Source: Candidatus Amesbacteria bacterium | GTDB taxonomy: Bacteria > Patescibacteriota > Microgenomatia > CAZETR01 > Amesbacteraceae | Length of the DNA: 64,000 nt | Direction of reading: 5' to 3' | Assembly: GCA_027371535.1 (NCBI GenBank) | Contig: DAHXMV010000001.1 | Coordinates: 32,879-96,878, forward strand | Shown: positions 36,989 through 47,160 of the stretch, piece after piece | Numbering within the stretch: the first letter of the stretch is position 1 | How the letters are laid out: each line of letters opens with the position of its first letter | Notes under the pieces: generated by a model | Told to the model about the DNA's origin: nothing | What the model saw: only the letters and a program-made list of their open reading frames with translations | Databases searched by the model: none | Program-made: the position numbers and the translations under genes

Positions 36989-38521
36989 TTAATGCATTCC
37001 GTTATCTACATATACCTTAATTGAAGAATTATTTCCTCCAATTAACAGATCGCCAAGTTCTGTATGCCAACTATCATCGTACGGATATTCCATTTTATAT
37101 ATCCAATCCTTAAAGGCAGGATATGGTTCGTAAACCGGACTGGATTCTGGTAACCTTTTCCATCCATCCCAAGCAGCTGTAGCATAAGCTATCTGACCCG
37201 CATGTATACCAAATACCTGAGAATAAATTTTAGGATTATTTAAAGCTATATTATCCCAACCCTGCTTATTCCAAGGAACGGCACCTTTATAATTTGAAAT
37301 TTCAACTAACCCATCATCAAACTGTGCCGCTCTTATAACATAAATTTTTTCTGGATTGCCTTCTCTGTCGAAAAAATATGCAGGAGCATAAGCTAAAGCA
37401 GTAGCCAATTTAGTTCCTTCCTTTGTCTCAATATCGAACGGATCAGTAAAGACTCTCGAATCACCCCATATAGCAACAAATCCTATACATCCAGTAAAAT
37501 TTCCACTATAAACAATTTCTTTGTATTTTGAAGGTAGACGCGGTGTCGCTTTCATTATGGCCACAATATTATCTGGGATGGGGTAGTTCCAATGTTCATC
37601 GTTCATCGTCATGAGAAATTGTTCGGTAGTTTTATTGCCGATGAAGGTCAACTCAGTCCTTTTACCGGATATGATTTCTAGTCTGCCGGAGAGTTTACCG
37701 GTAGCTGTGGGTTCCATTTGGACAAACATGACATTACCAGCATCGAATCCATGCTCTTTGTTATATCCCCAGGTGGCTGCTATTTCTGATGGGTTTCTGA
37801 AAGCGGGAAAAACTGAACCCGTATCCAATTTATTTTCCCCGCCGACAACACCGGCCATAAGCGTGCCTTTGTCATTGGTAAACAATGCCGGGAAACCAAA
37901 AGGATAGGCAGTAATCATAATTTCCCCGTTGGCATTCATGTAAGTGTATGGCGCCACCTGGGTAATACTCTCCCCATTCCACTCGCCCTTGGTAATCCCG
38001 TTCTTGCCGGTTTCCAGCTTGAATAATCTTTTTGTAAATTCTTCCTTTACCGCACTGCCTTTATACGGGCTGACTTTATCGTTGGGATCCAAAAACTGGT
38101 CCAGTGTCAGTTCGGCGCCGTCATTTTCCGGCAAGGCCAGGGTCATTCCCGGATTGGCAGCGGCAAATTCCTCAGCTTTTATAGCCGGACTGATTGCCCG
38201 GGGGAAATACAATCCCTCAATCATGGTTTCGGTATCCGAAGATATCCCGATTTCATTAATGGTCTCTGATGCCACGGGGGTATTTGGCAGGGTGGCTGTC
38301 CGTGAGGGTACTGGGGTTTTAGTACTAGTTTTATTTATCGTTTCGGTAATTTTTTTCAATACGAAAGTAGCCGAAGCGGAAATAAGTTCAGTAGCTTTTT
38401 GCGTCTGTTCACAAGCCATATCTGATACCACAAAAATTGTGGCTAAAGTTATTAAACCGGCCGTTTTGAGAAATTCTTTTCTGGAAACTCTTTTATAAAG
38501 TGATTCGTTAAAATTTGGCAT
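36989..38521 (-). CDS. secreted protein of unknown function (510 aa) with a Tat-like S-R-K-E-F-L-K signal motif
   Basis: The N-terminus MPNFNESLYKRVSRKEFLKTAGLITLATIFVVSDMAC resembles a twin-arginine signal with RK in place of RR, followed by a Cys that could be a lipobox. The C-terminal domain is paralogous to the downstream gene. Confidence 0.7.
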   Translation of the reverse strand: MPNFNESLYKRVSRKEFLKTAGLITLATIFVVSDMACEQTQKATELISASATFVLKKITETINKTSTKTPVPSRTATLPNTPVASETINEIGISSDTETMIEGLYFPRAISPAIKAEEFAAANPGMTLALPENDGAELTLDQFLDPNDKVSPYKGSAVKEEFTKRLFKLETGKNGITKGEWNGESITQVAPYTYMNANGEIMITAYPFGFPALFTNDKGTLMAGVVGGENKLDTGSVFPAFRNPSEIAATWGYNKEHGFDAGNVMFVQMEPTATGKLSGRLEIISGKRTELTFIGNKTTEQFLMTMNDEHWNYPIPDNIVAIMKATPRLPSKYKEIVYSGNFTGCIGFVAIWGDSRVFTDPFDIETKEGTKLATALAYAPAYFFDREGNPEKIYVIRAAQFDDGLVEISNYKGAVPWNKQGWDNIALNNPKIYSQVFGIHAGQIAYATAAWDGWKRLPESSPVYEPYPAFKDWIYKMEYPYDDSWHTELGDLLIGGNNSSIKVYVDNGMH

Positions 38522-38657
38522 TCTTTATCAAAAAAATCCCGCTACAGGGACGGGATAATTAATCAGGGTTCAACCTACAATAATTGAATATAACTTACAC
38601 AGCAGAAACATCTGATTTGGCTTATTTTACCCCAAGTTTACTACAGGTCAACCTGAA

Positions 38658-39203
38658 TCATCGGAGTTTATCCAAAATTTTGGGAGAATACAGGGGACGG
38701 GAAATAATGTCTTCGATAAATTTGTATATATCACCCGTGAATTTCTTATCTTCCGGCCAGTAGCCCAGTTCAATTATCAGATTAATTAACCAATTTTCAA
38801 TTTTCAATTTCCAATTACTGTCCAAATTTTCAATATCCAAAAAGGCAGACAGAAGAAGAGTAAATATTTCAGGGTGAGATTGATTTTCCGGGGTAAGTTT
38901 GTCAACTGCTTCGGCCAACTGATATGCCAGATTCACCCGGCCCAAAAATTTCCGCCAGGAGGAAAAAGTATTGAGCAGGATGACTTCGGTTAAAAGATCG
39001 AGACTGCCCCGGCCTTTGACGACAAAAACCCTGACATGGTTAAACAGTTCCAGTGAACCTGCCCTTTTGGACTGCAGTTTCCTGACGCCTTTGACTTTAA
39101 GGACGACTTTGCCGGACTCTTTCGTAAACAAGGTGAGGATTTTATCCGCTTCACCGACGTTGACACGCTTTATTATTATGCCTTCGAGACAGTATGAACG
39201 CAT
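38658..39203 (-). CDS. recO: DNA repair protein RecO (short form)
   Basis: N-terminal OB fold (EGIIIKRVNVGEADKILTLFTKESGKVVLKVKGVRK) is RecO-like. At 181 aa it is shorter than typical RecO. The ATG overlaps the stop of the upstream gene. Confidence 0.65.
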   Translation of the reverse strand: MRSYCLEGIIIKRVNVGEADKILTLFTKESGKVVLKVKGVRKLQSKRAGSLELFNHVRVFVVKGRGSLDLLTEVILLNTFSSWRKFLGRVNLAYQLAEAVDKLTPENQSHPEIFTLLLSAFLDIENLDSNWKLKIENWLINLIIELGYWPEDKKFTGDIYKFIEDIISRPLYSPKILDKLR

Positions 39204-41149
39204 CAGTAAGAAACCAGAATATCTTTATCGCCGTCTAAAATAATTTCAGGCTGTTTCTGATTATTAACGGTTAACCGGTAGGAAAAGTTTTTTGAACCGC
39301 CCTGTTTTTGCAGCAACAGATGATACGGAGAACTTTTCACGGGGGTGGAATACTTTAAAGTAATAGTCCGGTTATTTTTAGGTGTCAATGTAAAGAAACC
39401 CTCGATCACAGTTTTCCCCAGGTCGTCGCTGACGTTTTGTCCGGTTTCAAAACCGTCTGCAGATACCAGTTTACTGCCCTTTGGCAGGTAGACCCGCAGC
39501 CAGTCCCGGAAAACCCCATTGAGCTTTAAATTGGTTTTGGGGTCGACGAAGTAACTTTGGGGATTCTGATATACCAATGTCAAAGTATTGGTTGTACCGC
39601 CGGGTCCGGCATTAACTTTCAGATCAGCATCATATTTGACCCAGGTATTGGTTTTAGCACCGGCAAAATTGGTATCCACAACCAGCAGATAATCACCATC
39701 GGAAGGCCGGATACGGCCGGCCATATTGAAAGCCTCGACAGCATTCTGGGCCTTCGGATCGGTATAATAAAACTGGATGTGCTTTTGGCTGATTAAGGTC
39801 AGTGCGGTATTAAACAGGTTAGCCATTTTAGATTTGGGCTGGGCCATGACATTTTGCAGAATGGAATACATCATCGGCCCGATGAAAGACTTTCTCTGAC
39901 CGTAATTGGCAGGCGCGGCAATAATCCGGCCGCTGACCGAGTCCCAAACCACCGGGCCCTCTACGTCGGCATACAACTCCAAGGCATAAAATGCCTGAGG
40001 GCAATTGCAGGTCGGATCGATATTGGCTGAAAAATTGCCGTAACCCGGGACCCCTATCTGGCCGGTAATTGACAGAGCGCTGACTAAAACCTGGGTATCC
40101 ATGGAAATAATACCGTCAACTTTATATGCCCCGGTAGTTAAATAATTTGGATAAAAAGTGTCCATGGAAACCTTGAAATCCGGAGACAGATTCATATCCC
40201 GGAGATTCCAATAAGGGACTTTGGGCAGATATTTCAAAATCGGCGACGGGGCGGTAATTTTCTTGGTGAACCGTTTGTCCAGAGAATACATATCTCCCGA
40301 TTCCAAAGTACTGATCTTACCCTTATTAACCTGGATCACCGCATAGGCGGTCATAAATCCCCCGGTCGGCCGTAATTCGGCGTCATTCTGGAATATCACC
40401 AAATATCTCCGGGGGGCATCCATACCCAGCATATACGGAGCGGCTTCCAAAAGCGGCCGGGCCTCATTGGTCAGGACGGCGGCTTCATCCAACAAGATTT
40501 TGCCTTTTTCCAACTCAGATCTGACCGGTTGGCCCTGAAACGTTTCTGGATAACGGGAGGGGTCGATATCGGCCACTTCGTTTTTGGCATTTTCCAAATG
40601 AGTACCGATCTGGGCCAGCTGGGGCTGGAGTTTTTCCAGGGTATTGAGAATGAAGTTGATCCTGTCCTGGGCAGTTTTGGTCCCGTCGGCTGCGGCAGAC
40701 ATATTTTTTAAACCAATAATGTCGGCGTATGGGGTAATACCCGTAATCGCCAGATTTCCGGCAGCCAAAACTTCGCCGGCAGCATTGAGACCGTGGACAC
40801 CATCCGCATAATAATTTTTGACATATGGCAAATTCCCCAGCCATTTCATTTTTTCCAGATTTGCACCGACGGAATCCAGGTCACTTTTAACCACCCCCAG
40901 CTGATTTTTCATACCTCCCAAATCCTGGTTTTTCAGATAAACACTTACCTGACCGGCTGAAGACTGAAGCTTTTTGACGGAAGCCAAGACCACCCCGGCC
41001 GGCCCAACTACAAAAAGGTAGACAAAAATTCCAACCAATACCACCAAACCCAGGAAACCTGTCAGTACGGATAAGAGAATTTTCACCCCCCGGGGGGATT
41101 TTGATTCAGGCAGGCTCGAATTATCCAGAGAATGAAAAAGAGTGGACAT
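39203..41149 (-). CDS. DUF4012 domain membrane-anchored protein (envelope polysaccharide-associated)
   Basis: N-terminal TM helix. YLVIFQNDAELRPTGGFMTAYAVIQVNKGKI is the DUF4012 core. Commonly encoded next to polyprenyl-P sugar transferases. Confidence 0.7.
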   Translation of the reverse strand: MSTLFHSLDNSSLPESKSPRGVKILLSVLTGFLGLVVLVGIFVYLFVVGPAGVVLASVKKLQSSAGQVSVYLKNQDLGGMKNQLGVVKSDLDSVGANLEKMKWLGNLPYVKNYYADGVHGLNAAGEVLAAGNLAITGITPYADIIGLKNMSAAADGTKTAQDRINFILNTLEKLQPQLAQIGTHLENAKNEVADIDPSRYPETFQGQPVRSELEKGKILLDEAAVLTNEARPLLEAAPYMLGMDAPRRYLVIFQNDAELRPTGGFMTAYAVIQVNKGKISTLESGDMYSLDKRFTKKITAPSPILKYLPKVPYWNLRDMNLSPDFKVSMDTFYPNYLTTGAYKVDGIISMDTQVLVSALSITGQIGVPGYGNFSANIDPTCNCPQAFYALELYADVEGPVVWDSVSGRIIAAPANYGQRKSFIGPMMYSILQNVMAQPKSKMANLFNTALTLISQKHIQFYYTDPKAQNAVEAFNMAGRIRPSDGDYLLVVDTNFAGAKTNTWVKYDADLKVNAGPGGTTNTLTLVYQNPQSYFVDPKTNLKLNGVFRDWLRVYLPKGSKLVSADGFETGQNVSDDLGKTVIEGFFTLTPKNNRTITLKYSTPVKSSPYHLLLQKQGGSKNFSYRLTVNNQKQPEIILDGDKDILVSY

Positions 41150-41151
41150 AG

Positions 41152-41793
41152 TTAATAAGCTCCTTCTCCTGAGAGCATTGCCAAAGGAGTCTTAATCAGG
41201 ATTTTCAGATCATACCACAAGGAAATGTGACTGGCATAGTGAGCATCCATTTCGATCCTCTTATCGAAATTGATCTTGCTGCGGCCGGAGACCTGCCATT
41301 GACCGGTAATCCCGGGCCTGACAGAAAGGGCTAATTTAACCAGCTCCCTGGTCCGGGGATATTTTTTCTGCTGATTTTTTAATTCCTCATCATAATACGG
41401 CCGGGGGCCGATAAGGCTCATATCTCCCATAAAAACGTTTAAGAGCTGGGGAATTTCATCGATGGAATATTTGCGGATAAATTTACCTACCCGGGTAATC
41501 CGCGGATCGGCAAATAATTTAAAACTGTTCTGCCGCAACTGCCGGTATAATTTGCGGTACTTCGGGTCGGTGCGCAAAATATGGTGGGCGTTGGGAATCA
41601 TGGACCGGAATTTAAAGGCATAGAAAAGGCGGCCATTTTTACCTACCCTTTTGGGCGTGTCGGCAAAAACCGGCCCCTTCGGAGATTCGATTTTTATAGC
41701 CAATGCCGTTAACAGGCAAACCGGAGAAAAAAGGGTACCCAATGCCAGTGCCAGGAAAACATCCATGATACGTTTTAATCGGCTGTATGACAT
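41152..41793 (-). CDS. polyprenyl-phosphate sugar phosphotransferase (bacterial sugar transferase, PglC/WbaP C-domain type); initiating glycosyltransferase
   Basis: Single re-entrant N-terminal helix then Bac_transf motifs: [27 protein letters not shown]. Start set at MSYSRL (41791-41793). Confidence 0.85.
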   Translation of the reverse strand: MSYSRLKRIMDVFLALALGTLFSPVCLLTALAIKIESPKGPVFADTPKRVGKNGRLFYAFKFRSMIPNAHHILRTDPKYRKLYRQLRQNSFKLFADPRITRVGKFIRKYSIDEIPQLLNVFMGDMSLIGPRPYYDEELKNQQKKYPRTRELVKLALSVRPGITGQWQVSGRSKINFDKRIEMDAHYASHISLWYDLKILIKTPLAMLSGEGAY

Positions 41794-41816
41794 GACTGGG
41801 ATCAATTTTACCAGGA

Positions 41817-42920
41817 TTACAAATATTCGGTCAAATTGCTGTCTTTTAATGCCTGGACCACCTGCTTGACACCCTGGGCTTCTTCTTTGGGACAAATTAA
41901 AAGCGCATCCGGAGTGTCGATAATCAACATGTCCTCAAGGCCAACGGTGGCGACAATTTTTTTATCCAGAAACAGCAGGTTGTTACGCGAATTTATACCG
42001 ATATATTTTCCCTGGCCATGCGGCCCTTCGATGACATTGCCCTCCCTGTCCCTGGACAAGTTGTTATAAACCTCTTTCCAGTCACCGATATCTGTCCAAT
42101 TAAAATCCGCCGGAACACAAATGAATTTATGCAATTTTTCCGCTACCGCATAATCAATGGCCATGCCCGGAGACATCTGATAGACGAGATTTAAAGTTTC
42201 ATTTTCCTTTTCGGTACCGATGTCCCCCATGAGTTTGGGCAGCAAAGAATAGATCTTTGGTTCAAATTTTTGCAGCAAATTCAATAAAAGCGAAGCTTTG
42301 AAAACGAAAAGGTTGGTATTCCAGTAATAATGACCGCTTCGGGTATACTTTTGGGCCAGAGGCAGCGGGGGTTTTTCGACGAATTTCTCACCGATTAAGT
42401 ATTTTCCATCCGAATCCGGCCAGGTTTTCACGGCTTTGATGTGACCCATGCCCGGGTGGGGAAACCGGGGTTTAATACCGATAGTTACCAGATAGGGAAA
42501 ATCCATAGCCAATTGAGCGGCAAAATGCACCTGGCGGACGAAAACATTCAGAGGTGAAATCAGATGATCCGAAGCCATATTTACTACCACGGCCTGAGGG
42601 TCATATTTATAGGCATAGGCAGTGGCCACCCCGATAGCCAGGGCGGTGTCCCGGCGCATCGGTTCACCGATAATATTTTCCGTAGGGATTTTCCGGGCCA
42701 GTTTTCTGACTAATGACAGGTAGCGATGCGAAGTAGAAATAATAATCCGGCGGGAATCCGTAACTTTCAGGGCCCGGTCCAGGGTAATTTCAAACAGAGA
42801 TTTACCCCCGAATAATTTGGCAAATTGCTTGGGGGTCTCTTCACGGGACTGGGGCCAGAGGCGGGTACCGCCTCCGCCGGCGATGATTAAAACGAATAAG
42901 TGGTCCGATATTTGTGCCAT
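41817..42920 (-). CDS. manC: mannose-1-phosphate guanylyltransferase
   Basis: N-terminal nucleotidyltransferase motif LIIAGGGGTRLWP, then QFAKL and a left-handed helix C-region. ManC/GMP-like. Confidence 0.8.
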   Translation of the reverse strand: MAQISDHLFVLIIAGGGGTRLWPQSREETPKQFAKLFGGKSLFEITLDRALKVTDSRRIIISTSHRYLSLVRKLARKIPTENIIGEPMRRDTALAIGVATAYAYKYDPQAVVVNMASDHLISPLNVFVRQVHFAAQLAMDFPYLVTIGIKPRFPHPGMGHIKAVKTWPDSDGKYLIGEKFVEKPPLPLAQKYTRSGHYYWNTNLFVFKASLLLNLLQKFEPKIYSLLPKLMGDIGTEKENETLNLVYQMSPGMAIDYAVAEKLHKFICVPADFNWTDIGDWKEVYNNLSRDREGNVIEGPHGQGKYIGINSRNNLLFLDKKIVATVGLEDMLIIDTPDALLICPKEEAQGVKQVVQALKDSNLTEYL

Positions 42921-44011
42921 AAAGGCGAGTATACTTTAACAAATTCCGATAAAAAACGCTCGCGGGAATATTTCCGGGCATAATCTGAAATTTGCCGGGG
43001 TTTAAATTTGCCCTCTTCAAAAGCATTAACCAGATCAACCAGACCATTAACTGACGGATCATCGGAAAGCATGCCGGTTACGCCCGGGATTACTGTTTCG
43101 GCTGCCCCGCCGAGATTTAGTGCAATCACCGGCGTACCGGCGGCCATGGCTTCTACCGGAGTAATGCCAAAATCCTCCTCATGATAATAGATTAGGGCTT
43201 TGGCATGACGATAGTAATTTCGCATCTCCGAATCATCAACAAATCCCCGGAATTCAATATTCGGTCCGGCAATTTGTTTTAAATATCCTTCCATGGAACC
43301 AGTGCCCACGACGATAAGGGGTTTTTTCAACCGGTTAAAAGCATTGATAACCAATTCGGGTCTTTTATAGGCCACCAACCGGCTGACCCAGAGAAAATAA
43401 TCATTCTTCCGAAAGTTTTGGCTGCCGGTAAAAAATGCCGTATCCACCGGGGGAAAGACCACCGGACTATCCCGGTGATAATATTTTTTTACCCGGGACC
43501 GGACAGTGCCGGAGATAGAAATATAAGAGTCCGGCCGCGAGGAAGCGATGGTATCCCATTCCTTTAGATAATTAAAAACGGGCCAGGAAATTATTTTAGC
43601 CGGCAGGGACATGCCCCGGCGATAATCATCATAATGGCTCCATAAATATCGGGTGGGGGTCAGGCAATAGCATAGATGAAAGGTGGCGGGCTGGGTGATA
43701 ATACCTTTGGCATCCGCACTGGTTACGGAAATAACGGCATCGTAACCGGCAAAATTAAAGGATTCAAAAGCCAGCGGGGTTAAAAAAGGAATTTTTTCGT
43801 GATGACTTTTTATGCCGGGCAACCGATTAAGGAAGGAAGGGATGACCAGGGGGAAGACTTTGGCCCAACCGGCTTTTTTTTCATCATAGACGGCAGTAAA
43901 CAAGGGCGCCCGGGGAAAAATTTCATGGAGGGCTAAAAGCACCCTTTCCGCCCCGCCCCATTTATTAACCCGGTCGTAGACTAGGGCAACTCTTGCAGGT
44001 AAATCTGCCAT
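42887..44011 (-). CDS. glycosyltransferase family 4
   Basis: GT-B: RVALVYDRVNKWGGAERV N-terminus and ..TPVEAMAAGTPVIA.. C-terminus. Confidence 0.85.
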   Translation of the reverse strand: MADLPARVALVYDRVNKWGGAERVLLALHEIFPRAPLFTAVYDEKKAGWAKVFPLVIPSFLNRLPGIKSHHEKIPFLTPLAFESFNFAGYDAVISVTSADAKGIITQPATFHLCYCLTPTRYLWSHYDDYRRGMSLPAKIISWPVFNYLKEWDTIASSRPDSYISISGTVRSRVKKYYHRDSPVVFPPVDTAFFTGSQNFRKNDYFLWVSRLVAYKRPELVINAFNRLKKPLIVVGTGSMEGYLKQIAGPNIEFRGFVDDSEMRNYYRHAKALIYYHEEDFGITPVEAMAAGTPVIALNLGGAAETVIPGVTGMLSDDPSVNGLVDLVNAFEEGKFKPRQISDYARKYSRERFLSEFVKVYSPLWHKYRTTYSF

Positions 44012-45078
44012 GTTTTTTCGGCCATCTCTGACCAGGAATATGATTTAACTTTCTCCAGCCCTTTCATGCGAAACAGCTTATTTAAACGACGATCAGAGAC
44101 AAGCCGGATAATTTTTTGGGACAGGTCCACGGGGTTTGCCGGATCAAAATAAACCGCTGCATGGCCGTATATTTCAGGCAAACAGGATGCGTTGGCGGCT
44201 ATCACCGGCAATCCGACAGCCATAGCTTCCAAACCGGTCAAACCAAAACCTTCAATCAGGGAAGGAAAGACAAAGGCAGAGGCTTTGGCATAAAGTTGGG
44301 ACAATTCCTCATCCGTTAACTTTCCCAACAGATGCACCTGTCTGCTGACACCGAGACGGCTGATCATTTCCTTGGCTTTTTCCGTAAAAGCGGATCTGGC
44401 ACCGACAAGCGCCAGACTGACCCGGCCGTTTAATAAGCGGATGGCATTTAAGAGAACCGGAATATTTTTATGGGGGTAGAGATTTCCGGTATAGACCACA
44501 AAGGGTTTGGGCATCCCGAAGGATTTTCCATGCCCGGTGATTTTGATATGCCTGTCAACGCCCTCGTAAGTAACCTGAATTTTTGACCGGGAAATTCCGA
44601 ACCGGTGAATGATTTCGTTGGCCCAAAATTCGGCGGGGACAAGAATTTTTTTGGCCCTTATCAGAGCGATACGGTCGACTAACAGATATCCAATATATTT
44701 TATCTTATAAAAAGAATAATTTTTTGTGGTGGAGTCACGGCCATGGGAAAGATGACGAATCAGGTCATGAAAAGTAACGACCATCCTGCCGGGCCAGAGG
44801 ACGGGGATGCTGGAATGGGTGGCATGAAACAATTCAGGCCTGATCTGAAACCACAACTTCAACATTTCCAATTGCGACATCAAAGTATACGGATGATATC
44901 CGGCCACGAATTTTTTAAACCCCGCAAGTTTGGGCTCGTTAACGTCTGCCGGAGAAACAATCAGGACTACCCTGACCTTTGGATCTTCGGGCAGAAAGTC
45001 TATCAGATTCTCCACATAACGGCCGATACCGGTATGCGAAATGCCCCAGAGACGGGCATCGATACAGATGGTTTTCAT
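43981..45078 (-). CDS. glycosyltransferase family 4
   Basis: GT-B: EGFGLTGLEAMAVGLPVIAAN. Confidence 0.85.
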   Translation of the reverse strand: MKTICIDARLWGISHTGIGRYVENLIDFLPEDPKVRVVLIVSPADVNEPKLAGFKKFVAGYHPYTLMSQLEMLKLWFQIRPELFHATHSSIPVLWPGRMVVTFHDLIRHLSHGRDSTTKNYSFYKIKYIGYLLVDRIALIRAKKILVPAEFWANEIIHRFGISRSKIQVTYEGVDRHIKITGHGKSFGMPKPFVVYTGNLYPHKNIPVLLNAIRLLNGRVSLALVGARSAFTEKAKEMISRLGVSRQVHLLGKLTDEELSQLYAKASAFVFPSLIEGFGLTGLEAMAVGLPVIAANASCLPEIYGHAAVYFDPANPVDLSQKIIRLVSDRRLNKLFRMKGLEKVKSYSWSEMAEKTWQIYLQELP

Positions 45079-45971
45079 ACCTGTGAATTTAAATATTTAA
45101 TTTTAAAGGTCCTGACAATTTTTAAAAGAGACATCCCGGTGTAGACAATGAAATTAAAAATTGCCGGATAACCGGATTTGTAGTGTTTATCGTAAAAAAT
45201 CCGCATGGCACTGATTCCGGCCTGCATCGACCTGATCCGGGTAGAAATACCTGCCGAACCGCGTCCGGTGGCCTGCAGTCCGGATGAGGAGCCTTTGAAA
45301 TGCGTAATTTTAACCTGGGGAATAAAGACGATTTTCCAATTGGCACGCTTTAATCTGAAACACAGATCCAGATCCTCGCCGTTCCACCAAAAATCTTCAT
45401 CAAACCAGCCCAATTTTTTTCCCGCGGAAGTCTTAAACATGGCAAAAGCCCCGCACAACGCATCTATTTCATGAACTGTTTGCGGAATCAGGTTATCGGA
45501 ATATCCGGAAAACTTTCTGAAATAACCGGTAAAAAAATAAATAAAAGCATTGGCAGGATTGGGGAAACGCCGGTGACAGGAATAATCAAGGCGGCCATCG
45601 GGCAGTTCCACCCGGCAGGTAGCGGCCCCCACGTCGGGATGAGACTTTAAATATTCCAGGACAGTGCTGATTACTTCCGGGTAAACAATGGTGTCCGGAT
45701 TCAGCAATAGCGTAAAAGGGCCGGATACCTGTTTTAGAACCAAATTATTGGCTGCCCCGAAACCTATATTCTCTTTATTGGCAACCACCCTCACCCGGGG
45801 AAATTTATTCCGGACCATCCGGACGGAATTGTCGACGGAAGCATTATCAATGACAACTATTTTCCATTTATCGGTCTTTTTTTGAGATCTGATGACCGAA
45901 TCGAGACAACCGGAAAGAAGATTCTCCACATTGTAACTTAAAATCACGATGGTCAGTTCATCCGCGGCCAT
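45075..45971 (-). CDS. glycosyltransferase family 2
   Basis: TIVILSYNVENLL, VIDNASVDNS, and DxD motifs. Confidence 0.85.
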   Translation of the reverse strand: MAADELTIVILSYNVENLLSGCLDSVIRSQKKTDKWKIVVIDNASVDNSVRMVRNKFPRVRVVANKENIGFGAANNLVLKQVSGPFTLLLNPDTIVYPEVISTVLEYLKSHPDVGAATCRVELPDGRLDYSCHRRFPNPANAFIYFFTGYFRKFSGYSDNLIPQTVHEIDALCGAFAMFKTSAGKKLGWFDEDFWWNGEDLDLCFRLKRANWKIVFIPQVKITHFKGSSSGLQATGRGSAGISTRIRSMQAGISAMRIFYDKHYKSGYPAIFNFIVYTGMSLLKIVRTFKIKYLNSQV

Positions 45972-47160
45972 GGCCCACCTCCTGATAGATCAGATTTAAC
46001 GTCTGGGAAATTCTTTTCCAGTCATAACGGCCGGAGACAAATTTACGCCCATTTAAAGCCAGCTTATGCTGCAATCTCTTATCCATAAACAATCGCGTCA
46101 CTGCATCGGCCATCTCACTTTCGGTATTGGCTACAAGGGCTTCTTTTCCGGGAGTTATGCCAAAGCCCTCCAGGGCAATACCGGTACCGACGGCAGGAGT
46201 TCCGGTAGCCATGGCTTCCAAAATTTTATAGCGCGTACCCTTTCCGGAAAAGACGGGGGCCAATAAGATGTGTGACCGGTAATAAGCATCCCGGATATCG
46301 GGAATACCTCCGGTGACTTTGATTGAATCATCCCGCTTTTCATAAGCATAAACCTGAGGCGTAGGATGATTACCCACAATCCACAACCTGACACCGGGGA
46401 CCTGTTTTTTAATCAGCGGCCAGACTTTTTCCACGAGAAATTCCACGGCTTCGGAATTCGGCAGCCATTTGAAAGTCCCGACAAACAACACCGTCGGATG
46501 CGAGGGCAGCTGCTTCTTTTTCTCTTTAAACCAATCCATATCCACGCCGTTGGCGACCACATCGATATTTTTAACAGTCGGGGCGATGGATTTAATAAAT
46601 TGCTTATCTTCTTCACTCATGGTGATCAAACGGTTACAGGATCTCCAGTAATGTTTTTCCCAGAATTTGATTTTATTAATATCGATATAAAGCAGAGGTT
46701 TTAAAGGCCATAATTTACTTTTGGAAGCATAACTCTGGTAGCCCAGGTATTCGATGGTCTGCTCCACCAAAATTACGGGAATATCGGTTTGGGGAATATT
46801 GGGCATCATATAGAATGTTTCGGCGTGAATCAGATCATAGTGGGACCTGGCTATCTCCATCTCCACAGCGGTTTTGGTGTCAACCACAAGATTTCTGGTA
46901 ACCAAAAACGGGTAGGGAGAAAAGCCGGCCCGCAGGATATTCTTTAAAGCCCAGGGCGAAAAGGTCCGTTTGAATACCTCTATTTTATGACAAAAAGGCT
47001 GAAGATCGGCCAAATATTGCTTTTCTTTTTCATCTTTAATTAACGAGAACAGGGTAATCTGATGTTTGGGGCTCAAATTTTTGAGCAGATTATAGGTGCG
47101 GATCTGGCCACCGGATACCAGGGGGTAGGGCAGATACGGCGTCAGCATGAGGATTTTCAT
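45958..47160 (-). CDS. glycosyltransferase family 4
   Basis: MKILMLTPYLPYPLVSGGQIRTYNL N-terminus. GT-B C-terminal domain (ILEAMATGTPAVGT). Confidence 0.85.
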   Translation of the reverse strand: MKILMLTPYLPYPLVSGGQIRTYNLLKNLSPKHQITLFSLIKDEKEKQYLADLQPFCHKIEVFKRTFSPWALKNILRAGFSPYPFLVTRNLVVDTKTAVEMEIARSHYDLIHAETFYMMPNIPQTDIPVILVEQTIEYLGYQSYASKSKLWPLKPLLYIDINKIKFWEKHYWRSCNRLITMSEEDKQFIKSIAPTVKNIDVVANGVDMDWFKEKKKQLPSHPTVLFVGTFKWLPNSEAVEFLVEKVWPLIKKQVPGVRLWIVGNHPTPQVYAYEKRDDSIKVTGGIPDIRDAYYRSHILLAPVFSGKGTRYKILEAMATGTPAVGTGIALEGFGITPGKEALVANTESEMADAVTRLFMDKRLQHKLALNGRKFVSGRYDWKRISQTLNLIYQEVGHGRG

